Origin: an uncultured Nitrosopumilaceae archaeon
GTDB lineage: Archaea > Thermoproteota > Nitrososphaeria > Nitrososphaerales > Nitrosopumilaceae
DNA: 30,353 nucleotides
Assembly: GCA_964348355.1 (NCBI GenBank)
Contig: CAYGCI010000001.1
Location: 1 to 30,353, forward strand
Direction of reading: 5' to 3'
The notes under the pieces: generated by a model
The model's input: the letters and a program-made list of their open reading frames with translations, nothing else
What the model was told of the DNA's origin: nothing
Database searches by the model: none
Position numbers and translations under genes: made by a program
In this document: piece after piece, positions 9,676-18,381 of the stretch
Position numbering within the stretch: position 1 is the first letter of the stretch
Layout of the letters: every line of letters begins with the position of its first letter

Positions 9676-10884
9676 TTATTTTACCACCGCCGCAATCCTT
9701 GCAGCGTCTGCCTGCATTGTCTCGGGCTTTTGCAGCACCTGCATCAATGATTCAGTTGCCTTGAGCCCGTTGCCGGTCACATAGCAGACTATTTTGTCGT
9801 TTTTGTCGATCTTGCCCTCCTCTGCCATTTTCTGCAGGACGGAGACCGAAACGCCGCCGGCAGGCTCGGTAAATATGCCCTCGGTCCGGGCCAGGAGCAG
9901 TATGGCGTCTAGAATCTCCCGGTCATCTGCCTCCTCTGCAAACCCGTTGTACTGCTGCAGCCTTTTGAGCACGTACCTGCCGTCCCCGGGATCGCCTATT
10001 GCCAGGCTCTTGGCCACGGTTTGGGGATGCTCTACGGGGACTATGTCCACATTGTTCTTGAACGCATCGACTATGGGGGCACATCCGTGGGGCTGGGCTG
10101 CAATCATGTGCATGCCAGAGACATCCCCAAGCAGCGAGACCTGCTGCAGCTCCTCGAACCCCTTGCAGATGGCATTTAGCATCGCACCGCTTCCGACGGG
10201 AACAACCAGCTGATCGGGTACCTGCCAGTCAAGCTGCTCGGCTGCCTCGTAGGCCAGTGTCTTGGAGCCCTCCACATAGTATGAGCGCATGTTGATGTTG
10301 ACTATGCCGATGCCCTGGCTGTCTCCGATCTGGGCGGCTATCCTGTTTGCATCATCATACGTTCCATCCACTGCGATATAGTTTGCGCCATACGACAGGG
10401 CCTGGGCGATCTTTGCCATTTCAATGTCATTTGGGGCAAAGACATGACATGCAAACCCGCCCCTTGCCGCATGTGCCGCAGTTGCAGATGCCAGGTTGCC
10501 GGTAGAGGCGCAGCCTACCGAAGGCAGTCCGAACTCTCTTGCCTTGGAGACTGCAACGCCGGCAGGCCTGTCTTTGAAGGAAAATGTCGGGTTTACAGAG
10601 TCGTTTTTTATGTACAGGTGGTTCAGTCCCAGCTCCTCCCCAAGCTTGTCTGCCTTTATCAGGGGGGTCATCCCCGCACCGATGCTTACAATGTTGGCCT
10701 TGTCGACGACCGGCAGCAGCTCAAAGTAGCGCCAGTATGTCTTTTCCCGGGTTGCAAAGACGTCCCTGGAAATCGCCGGAAGGTCATATTTTACATCTAG
10801 CGGGCCAAAGCAGTCATCACAGATGTACTTAAACTCAGAGTCATAGTCTCGCTTGCACTCTCTGCACTGTAATGTGACTCTCAT
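9676..10884 (-). CDS. thrC: Threonine synthase (PLP fold type II)
   Basis: N-terminal CxxC...CxxC, GAGMTPL, NPTFSFKDR (PLP lysine), CASTGN, VPVGSG, TEPAG and YVTGNGLK. Confidence 0.88.
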   Translation of the reverse strand: MRVTLQCRECKRDYDSEFKYICDDCFGPLDVKYDLPAISRDVFATREKTYWRYFELLPVVDKANIVSIGAGMTPLIKADKLGEELGLNHLYIKNDSVNPTFSFKDRPAGVAVSKAREFGLPSVGCASTGNLASATAAHAARGGFACHVFAPNDIEMAKIAQALSYGANYIAVDGTYDDANRIAAQIGDSQGIGIVNINMRSYYVEGSKTLAYEAAEQLDWQVPDQLVVPVGSGAMLNAICKGFEELQQVSLLGDVSGMHMIAAQPHGCAPIVDAFKNNVDIVPVEHPQTVAKSLAIGDPGDGRYVLKRLQQYNGFAEEADDREILDAILLLARTEGIFTEPAGGVSVSVLQKMAEEGKIDKNDKIVCYVTGNGLKATESLMQVLQKPETMQADAARIAAVVK

Positions 10885-10893
10885 GAAATTTTG

Positions 10894-10950
10894 CCTCCAA
10901 AAATGTACATAAAAAATCCTAATATCAAGTTTAGTAATACTTAATTTTTC
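10894..10950 (-). promoter_or_regulatory. Putative BRE/TATA and Shine-Dalgarno of thrC
   Basis: On the minus strand, GAAAAA then TTAAGTA (10950-10938), and GGAGG (10898-10894) about 10 nt before the ATG. Confidence 0.4.
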
Positions 10951-11149
10951 AAGTTGAAAAATTTAGCAATATTATACAATTCCAGGGGACATAATGCAAC
11001 AAACACCGGTGGATCAGTGCAAATTTTTTGCAAAAACGGGGGTTTTGTGAGGATATTTTGATGCATGCTGCCAATCTCCCCGCATCCCCATAAAACGGCT
11101 CCAAATTCGAAACATCCCAGATCCTTCTGTACGAGGCCACCTAGCCCAT

Positions 11150-11502
11150 AGCAATCAGGCACGAGTCTAGCAGGGGGGAGCTGCTACAGCTGAGAAAAAA
11201 GGATCTTGACACGTCGCTCAAGAGGATCGCTGTCCATGTCCGCTCTGAGGCTCAAGACTGGAAAGTCGGGGGTTGTTTTTTTCAGCAGGGAGGTGACCCC
11301 GTTGCTGCTCCGGAGAATAAAAAACCTCGGAGATGATGATCGCGTTTTTTCCTCTGGAACTCTGGACTCCAAGATTGCAGGCCGCAGCTATCATGACATG
11401 CTGGTCAGATGCCTTGAAAAGTGCTGACTGGGCAGGAAAAATTCCGCTGGCCGTCACGAGATAACGACTCACAGTTTCAGGGCGTTTTTCTTTAATGAGT
11501 GA
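11150..11502 (+). pseudogene. Tyrosine recombinase/integrase pseudogene fragment
   Basis: GELLQLRKKDLD (box I, frame from 11169), a frameshift into LKTGKSGVVFFSREVTPLL...DDDRVF, in-frame TGA at 11425-11427, then RHEITTHSFRAFF (box II HxxR at 11470-11481), then stops. Confidence 0.8.
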
Positions 11503-11507
11503 TAAAA

Positions 11508-11681
11508 TCAATACATACGGGTAAGTGTCCAAGTGGCCGCTGAGTATGGATCCATCCCATTTTTTATCATGCGCTGTGCCATTGGCTTCTTTGCGATTTC
11601 TCGAAGCTCGTCGGTCCAATACGGGTTTTTGGACACGCCGGGCTTTTCACCGCCATGGTTCTTTACGTTGTCCTGGCTCAC
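11508..11681 (-). CDS. Small hypothetical protein (57 aa), below the ORF-track cutoff
   Basis: GTG start; MSQDNVKNHGGEKPGVSKNPYWTDELREIAKKPMAQRMIKNGMDPYSAATWTLTRMY; AT-rich TTAATAAG 22-29 nt upstream. Confidence 0.45.
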   Translation of the reverse strand: MSQDNVKNHGGEKPGVSKNPYWTDELREIAKKPMAQRMIKNGMDPYSAATWTLTRMY

Positions 11682-11706
11682 GGTATCATTTGGGCTTGTT
11701 TACTTA

Positions 11707-11916
11707 TTAATACTTCTCAAGCTCCTCCGTGATCATCTTATCATTTAGATACAGTGGTTCCGCAACCGATATGCGATCCGCAAGGCCGTGCTTCTCAAGC
11801 ATTGTTCTAGCCTTTTCGACGGCTTTTTCATCAGGATTCATCAAAAGCGTGACTCGTGATATTTTGGGTTTGGAACCGGGTTTTAGGTATACCTCCATGC
11901 CGCGTCCAAACGACAT
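11707..11916 (-). CDS. Small hypothetical protein, possibly a frameshifted longer gene starting at 11984
   Basis: 69 aa protein-like ORF ending TAA TAA. The frame is open upstream to 11976 (GIDELDRIGENWDG), and an out-of-frame ATG lies at 11984. Confidence 0.45.
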   Translation of the reverse strand: MSFGRGMEVYLKPGSKPKISRVTLLMNPDEKAVEKARTMLEKHGLADRISVAEPLYLNDKMITEELEKY

Positions 11917-12061
11917 GGATTGAAACGCACCGTCCCAGTTCTCGCCGATACGATCTAGCTCATCAATGCCTCCTGTTCACACATGATTTTACAGAGAACA
12001 TGACGTTGTGCCATTTTTTTGAGTTGACTGAGGTACGGGGGATAGATCCCGAGCAGGTCTG

Positions 12062-12388
12062 CTAGTCGAGCCTGTGGTGAAAGCAGGCCCTCTTGCCGGT
12101 ATGGCATGCGGGGCCCGATGGCTCGACCAAGTAGACTATGGCGTCAAGATCACAGTCAGCCAGGATGTCCCTTACCTTCTGGGTGTTTCCCGACTCCTCG
12201 CCCTTCATCCAGAGCTTGTTTCTTGAGCGGCTAAAGAACCAGGAGTTTCGGGTTTTCCTGGTCAGCTCCAGGGATTCCTTGTTGGCGTATGCCAGGGTGA
12301 GAACCTCCTTGGAGTCTGCGTCCTGGACTATTACGGGCACCAGTCCGCCCCCCTTGGCAAAATCAATCTCGTCTGCAGTCTTGTCCAT
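12062..12388 (-). CDS. hisI: Phosphoribosyl-AMP cyclohydrolase
   Basis: GLVPVIVQD, FFSRSRNKLWMKGEESGN, DCDLDA and GPACHTG..CF; no HisE domain. Confidence 0.95.
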   Translation of the reverse strand: MDKTADEIDFAKGGGLVPVIVQDADSKEVLTLAYANKESLELTRKTRNSWFFSRSRNKLWMKGEESGNTQKVRDILADCDLDAIVYLVEPSGPACHTGKRACFHHRLD

Positions 12389-12410
12389 GGCATGTCATCA
12401 CAAATTTTCC

Positions 12411-13211
12411 TTATAATCGTACGGGGATGTTCCTATCCCGAAGGATCTCCTTGACCCGGTTGACCGACCTGCCCTCATAGTGGAAGATTGATGCCGCAAG
12501 GGCCGCATCAACGCCTGACTTTTCAAAGACCTCGTACATGTCCTCGGGCCTGCCGCACCCGCCAGACGCAATGACGGGCACAGATACTGCATCTACTATT
12601 TCCTTGGTAAGCAGTATGTCATATCCGTCCCGGGTACCATCCCTGTCAATGCTAGTCAGCAGGACCTCCCCGGCGCCAAGCTCTGTTGCCTTTTTTGCCC
12701 ACTGTATCGCATCAAGGCCCGTACCCTGCCTTCCCCCATAGATGAAGACCTCGAACCAGAGCTTTTTCCCGTTCTCCTCAAACATTGTCTTGCCGGGGTC
12801 TTCTGAATAGTTTCGTTTTGCGTCTATTGCCACCACAACGCACTGCTTTCCAAACACGGCCATAAGCTCAGCCAGCAGCTCTGGGTTTCTTACGGCGCCG
12901 GTGTTCACCCCCACCTTATCGGCACCGCTGAGCAGGATACTCCGCGCATCCTCCATGCTGCCAACCCCCCCGCCAACGGTAAACGGGATGTCAATTACCT
13001 GGGCAACGCTGGATACCAGCTCCCTGATTGTCTTCCGTCTTTGTTGGGATGCCGTGATATCCAAAAAGACAAGCTCGTCGGCTCCGTCCCTGCTGTACTT
13101 GGCTGCAAGCTCCACCGGATCCCCGGCGTCCCTGATTGACTCAAAGTTTAGTCCCTTGACAACGCGTCCGTCATCCACGTCCAAGCAGGGAATGATCCTT
13201 CTAGTCAGCAA
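12411..13211 (-). CDS. hisF: Imidazole glycerol phosphate synthase cyclase subunit
   Basis: RIIPCLDV, GADELVFLDIT, GADKV, TSIDRDGTRDGYD and ASGG. Probable TTG start at 13211 overlapping the hisA stop. Confidence 0.95.
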   Translation of the reverse strand: MLTRRIIPCLDVDDGRVVKGLNFESIRDAGDPVELAAKYSRDGADELVFLDITASQQRRKTIRELVSSVAQVIDIPFTVGGGVGSMEDARSILLSGADKVGVNTGAVRNPELLAELMAVFGKQCVVVAIDAKRNYSEDPGKTMFEENGKKLWFEVFIYGGRQGTGLDAIQWAKKATELGAGEVLLTSIDRDGTRDGYDILLTKEIVDAVSVPVIASGGCGRPEDMYEVFEKSGVDAALAASIFHYEGRSVNRVKEILRDRNIPVRL

Positions 13212-13911
13212 GCCGTTTTGCCTCCCCGATTGAGACCCTGCCCTCATACAGCGCCTTGCCCAAAATCACCGCAGAGGCGTTCTTTGCCCGCACTCTGGAC
13301 ACGTCGCCGATGCTTGAGATTCCCCCGCTTGCAATTATGTTTGCGTTTGATACGGCGCAGGCCTGCTCAAGAAACTCCAGGTCTGGCCCCTCCATGGTGC
13401 CATCCCTGCCCACGTCTGTGAGTAGGAACTCCGTAAAGCCCATGCCTGCAAACTCGCTTATCGCACCAAGCAGCGGCGTCTTTGTGCTCTGCTGCCACCC
13501 ATGCGTGACGATATATCCGCCGGCGTGGTCTACTGAGACTACAATCTTTGAGAACCCGTGTCTTCTGGCGATGCCTTGCAGCAGTTCTGTGTCCTCGAAG
13601 GCCAGGGTGCCGACAACGACCCGGGCCGCAAAGGAGGCCGCCCGGGCGACGGTCTGCTCGTCGCGCAGGCCGCCTGCCACCTCGACTGGAACAGACAGCT
13701 CCCCTGCGACTTTTTCAATCAGATCCAGATTGTTCCCCGTCCCTATTGTCGCATCCAGATCCACGATATGCAGCATGTCCGCGCCCTCATCCTGCCACTT
13801 TTTGGCAATATGCACGGGATCATCGCTGTATACCGTCTTCTGGCCTGGATCGCCCCTGTAGAGTCTGACTACCTTCCCGTCCATTATGTCAACTGCGGGA
13901 ATTATCTTCAT
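13201..13911 (-). CDS. hisA: ProFAR isomerase
   Basis: MKIIPAVDIMDGKVVRL, LHIVDLD, VAGGLR, TDVGRDGT and GKALYEG; ATG 13911 overlaps the hisH TGA (ATGA). Confidence 0.95.
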   Translation of the reverse strand: MKIIPAVDIMDGKVVRLYRGDPGQKTVYSDDPVHIAKKWQDEGADMLHIVDLDATIGTGNNLDLIEKVAGELSVPVEVAGGLRDEQTVARAASFAARVVVGTLAFEDTELLQGIARRHGFSKIVVSVDHAGGYIVTHGWQQSTKTPLLGAISEFAGMGFTEFLLTDVGRDGTMEGPDLEFLEQACAVSNANIIASGGISSIGDVSRVRAKNASAVILGKALYEGRVSIGEAKRLAD

Positions 13912-14510
13912 CTGGAGCACTCCCTCAAAAAGTTCCCCAGCATCAGGGCGCCGGCATCGCCTGACTTTTCAGGATGAAACTGGGTTCCAAAATAGTTGCC
14001 CTTTTGGACTATTGCCGGGATCCTGATGTCATAGTCGGACTCGGCGACTATGACGTCAGGCGCTGCGGGGTTTGCCCTGTACGAGTGTACAAAGTAGACC
14101 CAGGATCCGTCATCTACGCCCTCAAGGATCCTGCTTTCCCGCCTTATCTCAAGTGCGTTCCATCCCATGTGCGGAACCTTCAGGGTGTCAGGCAGGACAA
14201 CGACGTCGCCGCCTATGATGCCAAGGCCTTTTTCCTGCCCCTCCTGGCTTTTCTCAAAGAACATCTCCATGCCAAGGCATATGCCAAAGACAGGCGTGTC
14301 CCCGACGGCCTGCAGAAAGTCCGCAGGATCCCGGCCGATGCTCCGCATGGCAGGATCAAAGTTTCCAACCCCGGGCAGGAAGATCCCGTCATATCCGGCC
14401 AGCCTGTCGACGCTGGTCTGCACTGCAACCGCGGCACCCTGCCTTTCCAGCGCGTTTTTGAGGCTGAAGATGTTTCCGGCCCCATAGTCAAATATTGCAA
14501 TCCTGCCCAT
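13908..14510 (-). CDS. hisH: Imidazole glycerol phosphate synthase glutaminase subunit
   Basis: IFDYGAGN, LPGVGNF, GICLGME (catalytic Cys), PHMGWN, YFVHSY and QFHPEKS; start ATG 14510 (GTG 14513 alternative). Confidence 0.95.
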   Translation of the reverse strand: MGRIAIFDYGAGNIFSLKNALERQGAAVAVQTSVDRLAGYDGIFLPGVGNFDPAMRSIGRDPADFLQAVGDTPVFGICLGMEMFFEKSQEGQEKGLGIIGGDVVVLPDTLKVPHMGWNALEIRRESRILEGVDDGSWVYFVHSYRANPAAPDVIVAESDYDIRIPAIVQKGNYFGTQFHPEKSGDAGALMLGNFLRECSR

Positions 14511-15097
14511 CACATTGCGCCTTTCGTACTGGGAGCTCCCTTTTGCCTTGGATCCTTGGAGCATGCGATCCTAAGCGCCACTGCCAGGGACTTTATTGCG
14601 GACTCGACCTTGTGGTGATCGTTGTCCCCATACCGTACGGTAAGGTGGACGCAGCTGTTCAGGTTCTGCAGCAGTGACTTGAAAAAGTGCTCAAGATCCT
14701 CCCTTGAGACATCCTCAATCCTTGTTCTCTTTACAGACAGTGTTAACTTGTAAAACGGCCTCCTCACCAGGTCGACTGACGCCTCTGCCAGTGACTCGTC
14801 CATCGGGACGGACGCGTGGCCGAACCGGGTAATCCCGGCCCTGTCCCCTAGCGCCTCATCGATTGCGCTTCCCAGAGTGATTGCGGTGTCCTCCACCAGG
14901 TGGTGCACGATGTTGTCCTTTGACCTGGCCTCCACGGCAAGGTCCAGCATCGCGTGCTTTCCAAGCGCGACTACCAGGTGGTCGACAAAGTTTACGCCGG
15001 TGGATGCGCTGGTTTTTCCGGTACCGTCGATGCAGGCAGATACGCAGACGCTGGTCTCCTTTGTTTCACGCTTGATTTTGCTTGTCCGCCTTTTCAT
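14510..15097 (-). CDS. hisB: Imidazoleglycerol-phosphate dehydratase
   Basis: [27 protein letters not shown] and PSTKG; GGTGA Shine-Dalgarno upstream. Confidence 0.95.
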   Translation of the reverse strand: MKRRTSKIKRETKETSVCVSACIDGTGKTSASTGVNFVDHLVVALGKHAMLDLAVEARSKDNIVHHLVEDTAITLGSAIDEALGDRAGITRFGHASVPMDESLAEASVDLVRRPFYKLTLSVKRTRIEDVSREDLEHFFKSLLQNLNSCVHLTVRYGDNDHHKVESAIKSLAVALRIACSKDPRQKGAPSTKGAM

Positions 15098-15125
15098 CGT
15101 ATCACCCGGGAATACTGGTATTTCC

Positions 15126-16046
15126 TCAGACTAAATTTAATACCTTCGGAATGTCGTCTATGGACCCCAGGATCATCTCCGCGCCCGAGTCCTCAAATAG
15201 CCTGCGCCTGCCGTCGGGATCCGTGCTTGTGCCCACAATGGCGCAAAAGGCGGCGGGACTGCCTGCCCGGGTCGCATCCCTTGCCATCATATAGTCCTCC
15301 ATCGAGTCTCCCACATATAGGCAGTTTTTCGACCCCATCGCCCTGATGGCACGGATCAGTGTTGCGGGGTTCGGCTTTGCCAGCTCCCTTGGCTCGTCCT
15401 CCAAGAATGCCGAGTTTTTCACATCAAAATAGCCAAGCATGTCCCCGAGGGTGTGGCGGATTGAGGCCAGCCCGCGTCCCGTAACCACTGCCATTTTTTC
15501 CCCAAACCCCCCTTGGAGCGTCTGCAGCAGCGATTCGGACAGGATTACCCTGTCATGTGAGATCATCCCCTGCCCCGAAAACCTCGAGGGCCTTCCAAAC
15601 AGCCTTTCGTACAGCTGCGGCCCAAAGAAGATTTGGTCAAACACGGAATACACGGGATTGTTGTGCCTGTCCCCCAGGGAGCCCAGCCCTGACGACATGT
15701 CGGAGATGTTGCAGACAGACTCCAGGTAGGACCTGACCGAGCGGACCCCCGTCCTGTCTGCCTTTGAGATCACCTCGTAGACGAACTCCGACGGGTCCCT
15801 GCCCAGCTTGTCGGCGGCATAGACGGACAGTATTGCGGCATATGTCAGGTCAACCTCGTCGTTGAATCCGCCCGATGCCTTGAACCCGTCGATTATCCCG
15901 TGATCAATTTCTATAGAGTCGATTCCGGCAAGCTCCCTGAGCATGTAGCTGCATGTCATGTCTATCGTCTTGTCATAGGATTTCGTGATGTCGACGAGCA
16001 CGCCGTCGCAGTCAAAGACTATCGAGTCAAACCTTTGGCCGCTCAA
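15126..16046 (-). CDS. HAD-superfamily hydrolase, candidate histidinol-phosphate phosphatase
   Basis: FDCDGVLVD (motif I), VVTGR (II), KPNP (III) and YVGDSMED (IV). Probable TTG start at 16046 after AGGGA; lies between hisC and hisB. Confidence 0.8.
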   Translation of the reverse strand: MSGQRFDSIVFDCDGVLVDITKSYDKTIDMTCSYMLRELAGIDSIEIDHGIIDGFKASGGFNDEVDLTYAAILSVYAADKLGRDPSEFVYEVISKADRTGVRSVRSYLESVCNISDMSSGLGSLGDRHNNPVYSVFDQIFFGPQLYERLFGRPSRFSGQGMISHDRVILSESLLQTLQGGFGEKMAVVTGRGLASIRHTLGDMLGYFDVKNSAFLEDEPRELAKPNPATLIRAIRAMGSKNCLYVGDSMEDYMMARDATRAGSPAAFCAIVGTSTDPDGRRRLFEDSGAEMILGSIDDIPKVLNLV

Positions 16047-16051
16047 TTCCC

Positions 16052-17119
16052 TTATCCCAAGAGGTCGCGTATTGCCAGGAGGAATCTGGAGTTCATCTCC
16101 TTTGTTCCGACCGTAACGCGCAGGCATCCCGGATGGGGGCCAATCCTTCCCAGCTTGCGTATGGAGATTCCCTGCTCGGCCAGAGCAGTAAAGACGCGCT
16201 TGTATGCGCCCCTTGCGTCAAACAGTACAAAATTAGCCTTGGAGTCAAAGACGGTAAAGGCCTCGTACCTGCGGAGGCTCTCAATGATCCTCCTGCGCTC
16301 GGCCTTGATCGTCTCTGCGGCCTCCCTGATCTGGCCTGCCCTGTCCAGCGAGGCGATTCCGGCCTCTATTGCCAGGGTGCTGAGCGGGTACGGATACTGC
16401 AGTACACGGTTGAACGCCTCGGCAATCCTCCTGTCTGCAACAAAGTATCCCATGCGCAGTCCCGCAAGACCAAACGCCTTGGAAAACGTCTTGACCGTTA
16501 TCAGGTTGCCATACTTTTTGGTCAGGGGGACAGTAGAGGAGTCGCCAAACTCGCCATACGCCTCGTCTATGATTACCAGCCCGTCAAACCCCCTGATCAG
16601 GGACTCTATCTGGCTCTTTGGGAACTGGAATCCGGTGGGGTTGTTCGGGGAGTCCAGGTACAGGATCTGGCATTTCTTGAGGTTCGCATGGAACTCCTCA
16701 ATGTCCAGCTTCATATCGGCCGAGAATGGAATCCCGGTGCGGGGGATCGCGTACAGCCTGCACCGCTCCTCGAAGAACCCAAAGGTCGGCTCGGACGTCA
16801 GGACCCTGGTCGCCTTTGATGCCAGGTTTGCCAGGAGCAGATCCAGGATTTGATCAGAGCCGCTTCCGACGCCGATCATGCCTTCTGGAACCCTGAGGTG
16901 TTTTGACAGCCTTGATGTCAGTCTTTCAACCCCGCCCAGCGGATACTCCCGGACATCGGAGCTTGCCCTGGCATGGGATATCACGTCCTGCTGGAATTTT
17001 TTGCCCACTGCAAAGTTCTCATTGGAGTCCAGTTTTAGGATGCCGTCGAGCCGTTCAGGCTTTTTGTATCCGCCCAGCCTGGCGTATGCGTCCAGTTTTT
17101 TTTCATACCACGGACTCAT
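16052..17119 (-). CDS. hisC: Histidinol-phosphate aminotransferase
   Basis: KLDSNEN, GSDQ, SPNNPTG, IDEAYGEF and KTFSKAFGLAGLRMGY; ATG 17119 overlaps the hisD TGA. Confidence 0.95.
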   Translation of the reverse strand: MSPWYEKKLDAYARLGGYKKPERLDGILKLDSNENFAVGKKFQQDVISHARASSDVREYPLGGVERLTSRLSKHLRVPEGMIGVGSGSDQILDLLLANLASKATRVLTSEPTFGFFEERCRLYAIPRTGIPFSADMKLDIEEFHANLKKCQILYLDSPNNPTGFQFPKSQIESLIRGFDGLVIIDEAYGEFGDSSTVPLTKKYGNLITVKTFSKAFGLAGLRMGYFVADRRIAEAFNRVLQYPYPLSTLAIEAGIASLDRAGQIREAAETIKAERRRIIESLRRYEAFTVFDSKANFVLFDARGAYKRVFTALAEQGISIRKLGRIGPHPGCLRVTVGTKEMNSRFLLAIRDLLG

Positions 17120-18381
17120 TGCAGCCTTCCCCTCACCGCCTCGTAATGGTTTGGCAGCCCCTCTGCCAGGGCAAGGCTCTCCATGGGTTTTGATATCCTC
17201 TGCAGGCCCTTCCTGCTGGCCTCCACCCGGGTGAGGAGCTTGACAAAGTCTAGGACGGACAGCGAGCCGCGGGTCTTGCCGAATCCGCTCGTGGGCAGGA
17301 TGTGGTTTGAGCCCAGCAGATAGTCGCTGGCAGAGGACGGGCTGTTTTTTCCCAGCAGGATCAGGCCCGGATTCCTGATTTTGCGCCATTTTTTGGTGTT
17401 TTTGCTGATAATCTCCAGGTGCTCAGGCGCCAGCTCGTTTGCGATGTCGATGATTCCTGCGGCCTTGCAGACGGCAATGAACCCGTTTGATTCCAGGCTC
17501 TTCCTTACGATTTTAGAGCGCGGTATGTCCCTGATCCTAGAGTCCACGTCGGACTGGATTTTTCTGGCAATCGTACCAGACGTGGTCAGTGCATAGCAGA
17601 GCGTGTCCGGGGAGTGCTCTGCCTGTGAGATCAGATCCAGTGCAGCAAGCCCGGCATCCTCTGCCGAGTCAATGACGATCCCGAGCTCGGTGGGCCCCGC
17701 CACCATGTCGACTGCGGTGGTATCGCTGACAAGATGCTTTGCCAGGGTCACAAATGCCCCGCCGGGCCCCACTATCTTGTCCACCCTTGCAATGGATCGC
17801 GTCCCACATGAGAGGGCTGCGATGGACTGCGCGCCTCCGGTCTTGTAGATCTCAGTCGCGCCGCAGACGTCGGCTGCCACGACAGTCAGCGGGTCGATGT
17901 TTCCAGACGAGTCCGGGGGGGAGACCACCACTATCCGCCTTACCCCCGCGACCTTTGCGGGTACTATGGACATTACGGCAGAGCTGGGATACCGCGCGGC
18001 CCCGCCGGGCACATAGCACCCGACGCTGTCTATCGGAACAAACGACTTTGATATTCTTGTGCCGCCTGATCTTATCGTTACGTCCTTGAGCTGGCGTCTT
18101 ACCGCAGATTCTGCCTTTGCCAGCCTTGACCTTGCAAGTCGGATTGCAGAGATGTCCCCGGGCGAGACCTCAGAGTATGCGCCGGCAATCTCACGCCTTG
18201 AGACCCTCAGTGATGAGATTCTGCTTGCGCCGAACCTTTTCTCGTACTTTCTGAGTGCGGCATCGCCGTTTCTCTGCACGTCCCTCAAGATGGCCCCCAC
18301 GATCCTCTGGTTTTTCGGGTGGTTTTTTGTGCCCAGTCTCTTTAGAAACTGCCCCGCGTTACTGACCGAAATAATTTTCAT
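17116..18381 (-). CDS. hisD: Histidinol dehydrogenase
   Basis: GCYVPGG, GGAQSIAAL, VGPG, DMVAGPTE, QAEH, APEHL, DYLLGSNHILPT and EGLPNH. Confidence 0.95.
   Translation of the reverse strand: MKIISVSNAGQFLKRLGTKNHPKNQRIVGAILRDVQRNGDAALRKYEKRFGASRISSLRVSRREIAGAYSEVSPGDISAIRLARSRLAKAESAVRRQLKDVTIRSGGTRISKSFVPIDSVGCYVPGGAARYPSSAVMSIVPAKVAGVRRIVVVSPPDSSGNIDPLTVVAADVCGATEIYKTGGAQSIAALSCGTRSIARVDKIVGPGGAFVTLAKHLVSDTTAVDMVAGPTELGIVIDSAEDAGLAALDLISQAEHSPDTLCYALTTSGTIARKIQSDVDSRIRDIPRSKIVRKSLESNGFIAVCKAAGIIDIANELAPEHLEIISKNTKKWRKIRNPGLILLGKNSPSSASDYLLGSNHILPTSGFGKTRGSLSVLDFVKLLTRVEASRKGLQRISKPMESLALAEGLPNHYEAVRGRLQ

Noticed and set aside
1975-11143. Identical 14-mer GTACGAGGCCACCT at about 1975-1988 and 11130-11143, both in accessory spacers, as a possible att or target duplication
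   Set aside because: About one or two 14-bp matches are expected by chance in 30 kb, the flanking similarity is weak, and the enclosed 9 kb contains core genes such as thrC.
11218-11619. Minus-strand ORF containing ILSGHLDTY, reminiscent of an integrase C-terminal motif
   Set aside because: It is on the opposite strand to the integrase relic and overlaps the better 57-aa ORF; likely coincidence.
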